A DNA stretch of 64,000 bases from Tubulanus polymorphus (Eukaryota > Animalia > Nemertea). The stretch covers positions 8,588,485 through 8,652,484 of the forward strand of contig NC_134027.1 in the NCBI RefSeq assembly GCF_964204645.1. Direction: 5' to 3'. A program made the translations under genes and the position numbers. The notes beneath the pieces were generated by a model, which worked only from the letters and a program-made list of their open reading frames with translations, had not been told where the DNA came from and did not search any database. Numbering within the stretch: the first letter of the stretch is position 1; the number at the start of each line of letters is the position of its first letter. Of the stretch, positions 38,500 to 51,212 are shown in pieces.

Positions 38500-38835
38500 A
38501 TTACAACGACATCTTGTATCATAAAATGCAAATATACTATGTAGCTTAAGAGTTAGCTATGTCACGTAAGATTATGCATGTATATGGGTATAATTGGGAC
38601 ATTGTATTCATGTAAAAAACCCTGTTGTCACCAATAAAGATAAAGTTTTTTTTATATCTTACGTTGGAATATGTTTTGTCTTAATAGTGCGTTGTTTAGT
38701 ATTCAATAAATTGCGTCTCATCAAACAAAAACATATATAGGACAATTTTATATCTAGTTCGTACTGGTTACTATCTCAGAATTTGTACTGTCAAGTCTTC
38801 CGTCGAAGACGTTTATAAGAACAAATACGTTGAAT

Positions 38836-41290
38836 ATGACTTGGGAGAAATGGTTTTCGATGCTAGGAAAATTAGGCGTGGTAGCAACGATATGGAACTT
38901 ATGGAAGCTCATTAAGACGACGTACTATCCTAGTGATGATTCGGCAATAATCGCAGGTAACATCCTGCTATCTTTCTTGGCTATTGATGTTTTCCCTTTC
39001 TTATTGATTTCATTGCTCCGCACGAAAACTTTCTGCGGTACCTTTGTTTCAAGGTACACGTACATTCATTCAGTAATCGTTATTTACAGGTGTTGTAGTG
39101 GTGGGATGTGTGCTGTTTAGTTTTCTATGTTTCGATATAGCTCGCAAACGACCAAGCAATTACGAGTCTTTGAAATTCACCATCATCTGCTATTTTATCG
39201 TTAGAATATTGATTCCATTCGGAGGTTGGTGGCGTTATAGGTCCTTAGTTCGAATGTCGAAGGATGTAAAAAATACGCAAGATCGCCTTTTGATGAAGCT
39301 GGTATCAAGCGCGAAAAACACGAAGTACGGTTTAGATCATGGGTTTAAGAATATAAATACAATCGGTGAATATTTCAGGACGCAGCCGATAACAAAATAT
39401 AACAATTACAAACCCTACATCGACTACATGTTTGAGACCGGGGAACTGAAAGACATCACTTTTAAAGGGGAAGTTGTGTTTTTCGGAGCAACATCGGGAA
39501 CAACTGGAAACAATAAAATGTTCCCCTTGGCCAATAAACATGTGTACGAAGTAAATAACGCATTTTCCGCAACATTTTTTCTTGCATTCAAACTGATACC
39601 AGGGTTTGATAATCTTAATCTTCCGTTTTACATCCGCGTTGAACCGGAATTTAAAATGTCACCACAAGGCATCCGAATAAGACCGATATCATGCTATCAA
39701 CAGGCACATATCATCATTTCATACGAAATCAACAAAGCTTTGTCTGCAGCAGGTGAAGAGACTGTGTTTTACGTCTACGCTCTTCTCGCGTTGCGTAAAC
39801 GCGATTTGGCGGTTTTTTGGTTGACTTTCGTTGGACTTACAAAACTTTGGATTACAACTATTGAAACGAAATGGAAACAACTATGTACCGATATAGAAAG
39901 GGGCCAGGTCTGGATTGCGCTCCCCCTATCGACGGAGATAAAAGCTGAACTGAACGCCCTTCTGAAACCTGATCCAAAACGAGCAGATGAGCTGAGAATA
40001 GAATTCGAATCCGGCTTTCAGGATATCATCCCACGAATTTGGCCAAACGCTAGCTGTATTGGCCTCTTGACATCCGGGTCATTTAAAACCAGTGCAGAAT
40101 TATTAAAGAAGAAATATTTCGGCCAAATTCCGGTTTTGTCCAGTGGCTATGTTGGAACAGAATGCCACTATGGATGTCAGACATTTGCTATTGATAACAC
40201 ATTTGAAGATAATTACACTCCGGTTGCTGACGAAGTTTCTTTGAATTCATTACCGCCGATGAAATATATAAAGACCAACCTCAAACTAAAAGGATTCATC
40301 AGGTACCTATTGAAATGAAAAGCCCTTGGTATCTATTTGCCTGAAAACGATAATCATTATTTCTTGTATCCGTAGTTGGAAATGAACGAAGAATACGAGA
40401 TAGTTGTAACCAATAATAGGGGACTTTACCGATATCGCTGCGGTGACGTCATTCAAGTCGTAGGATTCTTCAACGATTTACCTCTAATTCACCCGTCTTA
40501 CAGGTGTGCCATAGCTTTTTCTCCATTTTGTCCGAACTGTTTAGAGAAAATTTCTATCCATATTATTGGCTTTTTTTGTTAAAAAGATCTGGCCAAATAC
40601 TAAATGTGGCTAGTGAAAAACTGACCGAAACCGCGCTCACAGAAGGTCTGAACATAGCTGCAGATTATTTAGATATATCTTTGATCGATTACACAGCCGT
40701 TGAAGGTCCCTTGTTTGAGGAGGTTATAAAAAGTAAGTTAACTTTCTACAGAAAAGGAAATTGTGGTGTTCCCCAAGAACACGTTATGACAAACACGCTG
40801 TTATGAGAAAAAGATAAATGTGTAGTTTATGATTTTGTGTGACTATGTGAATATAATCTTGTTTCTATTTCCATTATAAGTTGCAAGAAACGATGAAATC
40901 CAAGGCCTTTATGAAGTCGTGTTCATCGAAATTACTGCAAAGTCTGGACAACCTCGAATATTGAAGTCGCATGAGAAAGCGAAGGTAAGACCAAGGTATG
41001 CACCTGAATCATTTTTCAAACATGTAAGACCCATAACCTCATAAACATAATATTCATTTAGTTTGATGGCGGTTTGATTGAGGCTCACGAAAAAATATCG
41101 TGCCAAACGGAACCAAGGTATTCTGCATACTATGTTGGTGTATCAGGTAAAAGACGGGACATTCATAAAATTCCGACAGATGGTGCTAGCATCGAATCAA
41201 CTAACGAGTGCGATGCAGTTCAAACAACCTAGATCACTTACAAAACACGATCACATCAAATTCTTTTTGGAAAACGTGTACAAGGATTAA
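38836..41290 (+). pseudogene. GH3/GHDC copy 3 with two single-base frameshifts (true pseudogene or homopolymer errors)
   Basis: A -1 T at ~40236-40238 (GTTTCTTTG vs GTTTTCTTTG in copies 1 and 2) and a +1 A at ~41090-41095 (CACGAAAAAATATCG vs CACGAAAACTATCG). The first ATG of copy 2 reads ACG here. Confidence 0.75.
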
Positions 41291-41733
41291 ATTACAACCA
41301 TATCTTGCATCATAAAATGCAAATATACTTTGTAGCTTAAGTGTTAGCTTTGTCGTGTAAGATTATACATGTATATGGGTATAATTGGGACATTATACAG
41401 TCATGTAAAAACCCTTTTGTCACCAATGAAATGTAGAGCATTGAATTGATCGTATTCTGGTTTCGACTTAAAATGCAAGGAATGCAGAAGTATAAGCATA
41501 AGGAATAACCCAAATTGCTACGATGACCATGTACATAGGTGTTTTCTAGAAGATTATTTACATTTCAATTTATTCATCAATTTTTTTCTATATTTTCATA
41601 TATTTACATACATACCTTTAGTATTCCATAATATTTCGAATATTGATAATTTTCTTTTCATGCCTTTGATGTAAAATATGATTGTTTAATGTAAACTGAA
41701 ATGCTTGCTTTTGAACATATTTGAGTTACAAAA

Positions 41734-44700
41734 CTATTGGAGTTTGTCCGGTTCCTCTTGTGTACAATAAAGTAATTTCTGCGATCGAACTGTGGCCTTC
41801 TCTGAAATATACGTAAGACTTAGATCATTATCTTCTAAAATACTTAAATCTGACAAATTTGCTTATATTTGAATTTACAAATTCTCTTTAGATTGAGTGG
41901 GATCACATTATGTATGGTTATTTATACTATTGATAATAATAAATTGTCATTTATATAGCGCAAGGTTTCTTTACAAAAGTTCAAATGCGAGAAACATTGT
42001 AGAATCTAGATACGCACTTACTTATAATTTTTTGGAGACCAGACGGTTTGTTTTTCCAACGTACACCGATCAGAAAAACGGGTACCCCCGATGCGACAAT
42101 CGACGCTCCAATAAGGCATTCCAATGGCGTATCGAACAGCGGAAACATTACCAGGAACACGCAAATACACAGGAAAAGAATCGGAAAGAACAGATTTATC
42201 TGCAACAAAACAACAAAGCGAAACTCTCATATGAATCATGAGAAAGTCTGGTTTATAGGGATTCTCAGTTCCTATTATTTTCTGTAATTTCGGATACCGT
42301 TTAGAAAATAGCTTATCCGTTATACCAAAAGTACATAACTTCATGAATTTTCGGTTATACCTTTATTGGACGATGAAGGTCTGGCCTCTTCCATCTCAAG
42401 TAAAGAAGTCCCATGATTGACAAGCCAATAAAGGACGACTCGACAAATGTTGTATAGTTTATTAGCTTATACACGTCATTGGTGCACAGGTATACCATTG
42501 AAATAACACACTGAAACCAGGAACACAGTTGTTTTGATTAATCAAATAGCTGTTCATGAGCTTGTAAACATCAACTTTCATATCAGTTAAGATAAACTGC
42601 GAACGTAAGATTCCAGGCATGATGATTTGAAAACTCCTAATCATATAGGTGCGCTTGGAAGATTACCACCCGAAAACTTTTGTTATTTTATATAAACTAA
42701 CTTGAACTTGAACTGCATGCTCAATCGAAGAATGAATATTTTCACATGCATCAGTAACGTTGTCTCTTTAGACTTTTGGTCTATTTGCACGCGACTGCCG
42801 GGGAAATTTAAAAGGCAGGGGTCCAGAGGAAAAGAAAATACATTTTTCGAGGTCCCTCCTCGGTATTAGATATGTTTGAAGAAAAATATCAGAAAGTATG
42901 CAATTTCCGAAAGGACTAGTTTTCAAATTTGCAGGGTTTAACGACCTTTCTTTTAACGATAAGGGCAGCCTCAATGGAAAGGCAGGAATCCAGATCCCCG
43001 AGAGCACCCCAAATTAGCTTCTATGGGCTGAGCTGCAGATCCAGATTTCCCTAGCTGGTACTTCAGTCAGGAAATACACATAATCATCACTTAAGTATGC
43101 GTAGCAATACTAACATTTATACTAATGTACACAAAAATAAATTTTAGCTTACCCCGAATAATAATGATGGTATGGGCGTATAGTACTTGATATTGATTAA
43201 AGCCAAAGCATCTGGTAAATGACCAGAACGCGCACCAACGAAGAATAACCTGCAAATGAAAATATGTGTATTGTAGTAATGACCTGACGAAGTCGAGCAT
43301 TGAGATTTTCTAATTCAAGCATATATGGTATATATATACTGCATGGAACAAAATTGTTTTGAGATGGGTCTTGAAGCTAGTGAATCTTTCGGCAATCTTA
43401 AATACAAATACGTTTGAGGAAAATAATTTCTTAACGTTGATAGTCAGGAAAATTCAGCCAATGACTCAATCAGTCACTTGGATGACGTCACTGCAGTCCA
43501 CTCAAGTCAAATTTCGATTGAATCTGTATTCTCAAAAGGTATATTCTGAATCTAGGATCTACAAAACTAAAGAGCTACTCGCAGTTGATATATTTACCTA
43601 GCCGATGCAAATATTCCTCCGTTCAGACCACCAAAAGTGGAGCAAGCAACAAATATCGGCATGACCCATGACATAACCCCGAGAGTTTTATCTGCGAATG
43701 TCTGCAAAATATCCAGAAATTGTTATTTATCGTCGAGAAAGAAGATGCTTTGACTTCCGAAAATGGATTTCTCGGAAGAAGATGCTTACTTACAACTGCT
43801 ACTGCATTCGATTCTAATAATTCCTGGGGAGTGAGGACCGTAAAATACGCTACATTTGCCAGCACATAAACTGTCGTAACTAACGGCATTGATATCCATA
43901 TAGCCCGGGGTAAATTTCTAAAATACAGGAGAATAACTACGTGAAATGTCGTTAAGTGGAAGAAGTCAGGAAAATCTTAAACACTTTATTCATCGGCTCG
44001 ACAATGATCCGTAATTTCGTTTCTAATTTTGCTAACTTACTTATACGGTTCAACTAGTTCCTCTGTTACAAAATTTAGATAATTCCTGAAAAATCAATTC
44101 ATACCTCACATTTTTAATGACGCGGGGTTTGCGGCTACATTGGCCTGTCATCGAGCAGGGTTCGAACCCGTTTAAAGCAATCGTTTAACAGAATTTTTAA
44201 GATTGATTCAAACCACTCAGGCAATTATCATCAAATTGATTGGAATTCAAAGACCTGACCACTGGATAAGCCATGAGAACTATCTAAGATCAGAGAAAAC
44301 ACCCGAATCACACAGGCCATCCACAGATTTACTTAAATATGGAATTGTAGATCGGCGAAATATTTCAAACTTACCATCCAGCATAAGAAAATAAACCGGA
44401 ATAAAATGCTACTGCGTACGAGCCCGGAGAACTGGCAGCACCTTCGAATGGACTTTTGAAATTTTGTACATGACCTGAAAACAATCCGTATGTCTAAATA
44501 TTCAATTCGTATCATGTCTAAAAGTTGCCAAGGAGAATGGCGATAGGTATCTCGAAGATTTTGCATCATTTTAAGTGAGAGAATCTTTCGTTTACGATAT
44601 CTATCAATTGCATCCATAACGAGTAATTTACCTTGGCCCATCATCACGAATCCAGTAATGATAATGACCAGAAGAGCGAAAACTTTTGTTACGGTAAAGA

Positions 44701-46967
44701 CATCGGTTACTCTCGCCGCCAGTTTGACATTGTAACAATTTATGAAAGTTAAAAGAGCTAAAACAAAAATCAAAAAGAAAACATTGATTGGATTGATTGA
44801 AAACGAAGAGAAATGTAGGCGGTATGTAATAAAGCCAACCTTTCTACTTTCTATAATATGTATATATTAAACAGACCTCAATTTCAAAATCGATTCATCT
44901 ATATAGTAGAATATGCGTGCCTAATTGGCCGTATAGGTTAATTTTTTCCTGAATAATAGGGGTCAGAAATGCAAAGCTCGTGATTATCGACAGCAATTAT
45001 CGTATGTATTTTCATCTGTAATAATCGTCCACGATCGAATGAGAAATATCCCGAGTATTACGCCGTTAGATGATCAGTATAGTTCCCTTCTTTTCCACTC
45101 TTTCCACTTCCACTTCCACACTATGTTTTCGGAAACAACCTAAGCTATTTTGTGTTTGCACCTCTCACATAAAAGAAATTAACTATTCTTTTGTATTAAG
45201 TGTGTGATTTTGACACTGCAGAACTGGATTAGATTTTGACATTATCTATGCGATTTAATTCTTTAAACTGAAAATTTGTTAGGTTGATAAGCGCTAATTT
45301 CATCTGAAGAAATCTATACTTAATCAATGCAGGGCCGTTGCGATAGATTTTTTATCAGTCCCTATATCTCATGAAACAAATAAGTAAACACGTATGGGCC
45401 GCATCAACTTGTTATGTTCCCAAGTAATAACGGATAATTTACCGTGATCCAGAAAACAGACAAAAATTGAAAATTACTACAATTAGCCACACGGATGATA
45501 GCTCTTTTAGCATTCCCAGTGGAATGATGTATCGGTGAGGTATTTTTTTGTCAAGCAACAAATCAGGTCAAATTCTGCTTAATACTATGAAAAACATTTA
45601 TCATTACTGAGGCTGGTAGCGTATACTTCATTATCGAAAATAATAATGTGTATCTTAATTCATTATACGTTATCGATAACATAAAATGATTAAATGTGAT
45701 AAAAAGGGTGAGCACTTTTTTCACGGGTTCCAATTCGCCGCAAGGATGGATTTAAGTTTTAAGGGGACGGGCCTTGTGGACTGGTCCAATCCCCTTCAAA
45801 ATTCGAATGTGCCCTCAGGAAAGTCGGAAAAAGATTCTGCTGCAAAGAAAATCTTAAAAAGAATGGAAATAAATACAAATAGACCCCTTTTTATCCCAAC
45901 ATTTTGTGACAGGACCACCAGACCCCCGCATTGCCAAATCTGCCTTTTTCATATCAAGTGCCCATTCCAATACCCCCTTCAGTCGAAGAATCTTAGATCA
46001 GCCCTGGATATGGACAGGACCAGCACAAATTCTATAGAAATTTTCATTACCTCCAAAAATCGTCCGGATCATTGCCTTACCTATACACGACGCAGCTATC
46101 AATCGAACCGCCTCGTCGGGGATTTCGCATGACGGAAAAAACGGCTGTAGTATGTAATTGGCGAAGGTCAACGCCGTGATTGCATTACCGACGGGTACAA
46201 TAATCAATACGGCCACCCACAGATACAAAAAGGCTGGCAACGCCCCGAAAGCCTCGTTGATGTAAGCGTAGTCAGCTCCTGACTTCAGAATACACGTTCC
46301 CAGTTCTGCATAGCATAGCGAACCAATTAATGAAATGACGCCGCACGCCGCCCAAATGACCAGTGATCCGAAAACGCTGCCCGACTTCTGAAGAACTCCT
46401 TTCGGTGAAACAAATATCCCGCTTCCGACTATTACACCGACAATAATACCAACTCCGCTTCCTAGACTGATATTTTTCTTTAGCTTTACCTAAAACGATT
46501 CACCACGCAAACAATACAAAACAAAATTCCGATTTGTTTCGATTTAAAAGTAGACTGAAAAAATTCTCAAAGCGTTTTTCAATGTTTACGTGATTATTTT
46601 TTTCAGTTATAAGTTGGTTAGATACATTCCCTGATCTGTAAAATGATGAACGTGATCAAGAAAATGAAAAATTCGAAATGATATTATCATCCTTGAACAC
46701 TAACTTTTGGCTTTTGATAAAACAGTCATAGTTAGAACTGTATATATAGCTCATACAACAGTAGCATTTGCTTTTAATTAAACCTAAAATATATCCCTAA
46801 TACACTAGCGTTGAATTAGTTGATGAATTATTCATCATTCTCAGTATAGTGTCGAAAATATGAAATAGCTATGCTAGCCTATGACAGTGACGATATCATA
46901 AATATACCTGAGTGTCATCCGATTCGGCACTTTCGCCATTTTCTCGGCTGCGAACGTTTTCCGCCAT
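41734..46967 (-). CDS. SLC7 L-type amino acid transporter light chain (LAT/y+LAT-like)
   Basis: [20 protein letters not shown]|[32 protein letters not shown]...[23 protein letters not shown], then [36 protein letters not shown] and SGVPVF. The stop TAG is at 41734. The exact SLC7 paralog cannot be assigned. Confidence 0.93.
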
Positions 46968-48367
46968 TGTCAATGTCGATGAAATGATATGTATCAGATG
47001 ATGAAAATAATTTTTTTCATGAACATGTATATGCACATATGCGCGTCAAATTATCTAATCTATATTCATTAGCCAGTGAGTATCACAAGCCTATTTCCAT
47101 ATCCGAATTGTTTTTTCCTCGTCTGGGATGTTTTCGAGGGTGTTTTCCTGTCAAGTCGACACCATTGGCTAAAATTACCACGCAGGCACTTTATCTTTTT
47201 CATGCCAGGTTCGCGGCAAAATTAGGTCGTATATTTATCGGCAGGATATAATGGGCAGCTTAATATCTTTTGCTGGATTGATTGGCATACATATCAAAGT
47301 ATTTCGTGAACAATAAGATGAAAGTGAAGTCCTCAATATTGTGACCTAAGGCAATCGGAGAGGAAAATTTACTAAAACTGAGCCAACAACTGAGCCAACC
47401 ACTGGGCTCAGAACGTCAGCGAATGTATTCTATTTGAATTTTGAAAGTAACTTTCACTTTCACCACGTATTACCTTTTTATCAGCAGTCTAAGAAGTATC
47501 ATCGCTATTTCTAACTCGTATTTCTCTGTCTAAACAAGTTAAAAATATTTGGTCAGTTTGAATGTCCTTGTCTTCAAAACGAAGATGGATAAAGCGGTTT
47601 CAATTATCACACCAACTACGCAGCTTCTAAACACCCAATTATAAACTTCTATGCACGGTTCAATATGAAGGAAAGTGGATATGAATACTCACCGATCGTG
47701 TGAAAATAAGCAGTTTAAATTATCGCTCTGCTCATTAGTGCAATTATCTTATTATTTCGTTGCTGGCAGCTTTAGGCAATGGACCAAGTCAATTTATGGC
47801 ATCGATATATGAATATGTGATTATTATTATTACACAGTTTCGTGCGGGTTAAACAGACAACTTGAGAACTGGGCATGGCTTGTGTCGGTTTCATTCGAAA
47901 AGACGCGTTGGTATTCATGACGTCCTTGCCTGTCCACCATATTTTGCCCTTCCAACTACATCATTTCAAACATTGCTCACATGCATCATATTGGCGGTCA
48001 GATGAGAGTCAAATGGACCCTTTTACTTCAGGTGGCCACTTGACGGTCAATGTGACGCGCTGTGACATCACGCGCCAATGATTTCTATTGGGCCTGTACT
48101 GTCATTTTGTGTTGGAAAGATTTGGGCTCATTCGAACAAGGGAAATCACATGGATTATGAAAGAATGTTTGATTCATGTCCTAAAACATATCGGACAATA
48201 TGGGTACTGGTCCACGTTGTCCACATCTCAGCCATCAGACGACCATCGAATAGAACAGCTTTTGACATAAACAAACAAGTAAATTCAAATATATAATATT
48301 GACTTTTATTACATCTCAACGGCCGATATACATAAACGTAGAAACGGTTCCATTTATCAATAATACA

Positions 48368-48488
<121 letters not shown>

Positions 48489-51212
48489 TTGTACAAAATA
48501 ATATATAAGATTATTATCGGGTCGTCGACATACCATCACAATTTGTTTTATAAATGAACAATGAGCTTCTTTTAAATCAGATCAATATCAGATTGGCAAT
48601 GCTACTTACCCTGAACAGACAATTGAAAAAGTGTGTTTCATGCGGTTAATGGAAGGTCACACTACTAATCGAATCGTAACGTTATCAAGCAAATGCCTTA
48701 ATTCCATATTATTGAGAAAAGTATTTCAAATATCCCTATTGATTAGACGAAATTTCACTTTTTAGACAAATTCCCAAAACCAGGGAAGTGTGTCATCACA
48801 CTTCCCTGCTAAAACTAAGGAAAAATCAATCTTGAAAAACTTGTTTTTAGACAATCTTATTGATCTTATTCCTTTTTTCAATGATCAATTTGCTGAAACG
48901 GGCTGTAAAACAAGCCGTGGACAACATTTTTCGGAAATGTCGAATGAATGTGGGCCAACTCTTCGACGTATATACTATGTATATGGCTAACTACACGTGG
49001 AATGCAGAACTAAAATCTCAGTTTAACTGATGGCCGTCAGCACATCAAAACATTAAAACTATCTAGCTCTGATTTCTAGCTCAAATATCGTTAAACATCC
49101 ATACTAATCTGATGAATAAATTGAACCTAAAAAAACAAACGAACGCAGAGAAGAGGATAGGTACATATACTTATCAAATATTTTGTGGCTATAATACTGT
49201 GCGGCGAATTTTTTCTCTTAATATCTTTTGGCGAGGGGTACCGGTAGTCAAGCGTCGCATTAAATTAAATACAACGATCTCGATGTAAGCAACGAATAAT
49301 TTGATGAACGATCAACGAAAATTCAGAATAACATGGTAATATCGTGATGAAGAATCGCGCGTAGAATATAACAAAGTTAAACACTTTTATTTGTATTGTA
49401 AGATTTTGGTTGTATAGACTATAACACGGCATCGAAGAACAACGTAGCCAATTGAACGGGCAATAGATGAACAACATACTCCCACATTAAAATCATTGTT
49501 TTTACAGTTGATAACGTAATAAATTCCCGCCTAACACTTAAAACATACGTATCTAAATAACAACCTGCCATCAACATTATAACTAATGAAATAACAAATA
49601 AATATAAATTTTTGAATTAAATGTCAACTGTTATGGTGTTTTTATCGATGAAGTATCAACAATATCCATCCACACTGTACGACGAATCAATATCGGATGA
49701 CTTTGTTCTCGTTCGTGGTGTTTGAAAAAAAATCCCTCGGCCCGAAGATACTCTGATGTAGGAATCAATACGCAAACAAAATTCAACATTTTAATACATC
49801 CTTTCATTTGTGGTGGCTGATTGATTAGCGACACTGTGCATTATCATTTTGTAACCGATTCACGACAAACGAAATTTTGGAAAAAGTTTCACGTGGTGTG
49901 AAAACAACGTTAAATCAACAAATAAAGCGTAAAATCAACGTTGAAACTTTGTCATTGTTTTTACATAGATTTTATGTGGCGTAAAAACAATCGATTTTGA
50001 GGACGCACTTTTTGTCACGAATCAGCTACAAAAAACAATGGACGATGTTACTCCTACTCTGCCACCTTATTGATTTGCTTAAATATAGCACATAATGATT
50101 AAACGATTGCATTTGAGTACAAATATATACGGTAAATGCCATTAATCGGACCAGCGGTGACAAGTTGAAATTCCTCTAACCTCCCGATATATAGGACCGG
50201 TTCTACACCCTAGTTATACCTCAAATATCGACTTAGATCAAGCTACGGAATCTAAAAAAGATCTAAAATCTAAATATCTATGATTGTTTTTCAGGAACCA
50301 ATACTTTTTATTACACCATTAAGGGGCCAAATATGTGAACACAACAATTTGGACTATATTTTGAACAGAAACTATTACAACGAAAATTACAGTATATCTT
50401 CATAGTAATGATTATTTCTTTGAGAATCATAATAATAACAATAATAGTAATAATTAAATGTAATAATGATAAACAATAATAAATAATGAACAGCGTGTCA
50501 TGTATCGTTTTTACAAATTTATTTCAATATTGAGCATTTAACAAGTCACACAAAATCAAATGATAGCCATTAGACGATCTATTTTCCCCACATGTAAATG
50601 TCTTAATACTGGCGAATGAAGTTTTATTTCTATTTGCATTAGCATTCATTCTGTAGAATTGACTTTTCAAACGTACTTCCCATCCCTGGCACCGTCTGGC
50701 ACCGGCGCCCGTTATTGAGATACGGTGCAATTGGTTTTTGTCGACACGTGGAAGTCAAACGAATATGGAGATGAAGAACGTACGTATACCATTACCTGAT
50801 CGAGGATAGCGATACGAATACATCTTAAAAACGTTGCGGTGTGTGGATATAATTAATAATCGGGTCGCCACCTCGCATATGCGTTCAATACAAATATAGT
50901 CCACGTCGAGTAGAAAACCATTCGGGTCGGTTGCGAGGTTCCACAAATGGAAGTGTTCTCCGTTTTATTTACAACACATACGTACATTACTATGATGCGA
51001 TCATTTCTTTTCGTTAATGTTTTTTTTACACAACAAATCGTCTTCGATAAAAAAAGGAAAACTAAATCACTCATTGTCGCGTTTGAAAAATGTCTCTCTT
51101 TAGCCGGTTCAAATCACAGTTCTCGCTTCTCCCGCTACCCGAATAAGTAAACGTTACCGCCATCAATACCGCCATGAATCATCGTTTCGTTTTGCACATT
51201 TTGCACGTTTGG

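Noticed and set aside
32258-41290. Recent horizontal transfer of GH3 genes from plants or bacteria
   Set aside because: The genes have five spliceosomal introns and host-like composition, and GHDC homologs are established in animals. Only a phylogeny could revive the idea.
44122-44180. GGTTCGAACCC box-B/T-loop motif (similar at ~7108 and ~16604)
   Set aside because: No cloverleaf or acceptor stem could be built. At most these are decayed SINE fragments, so no tRNA was called.
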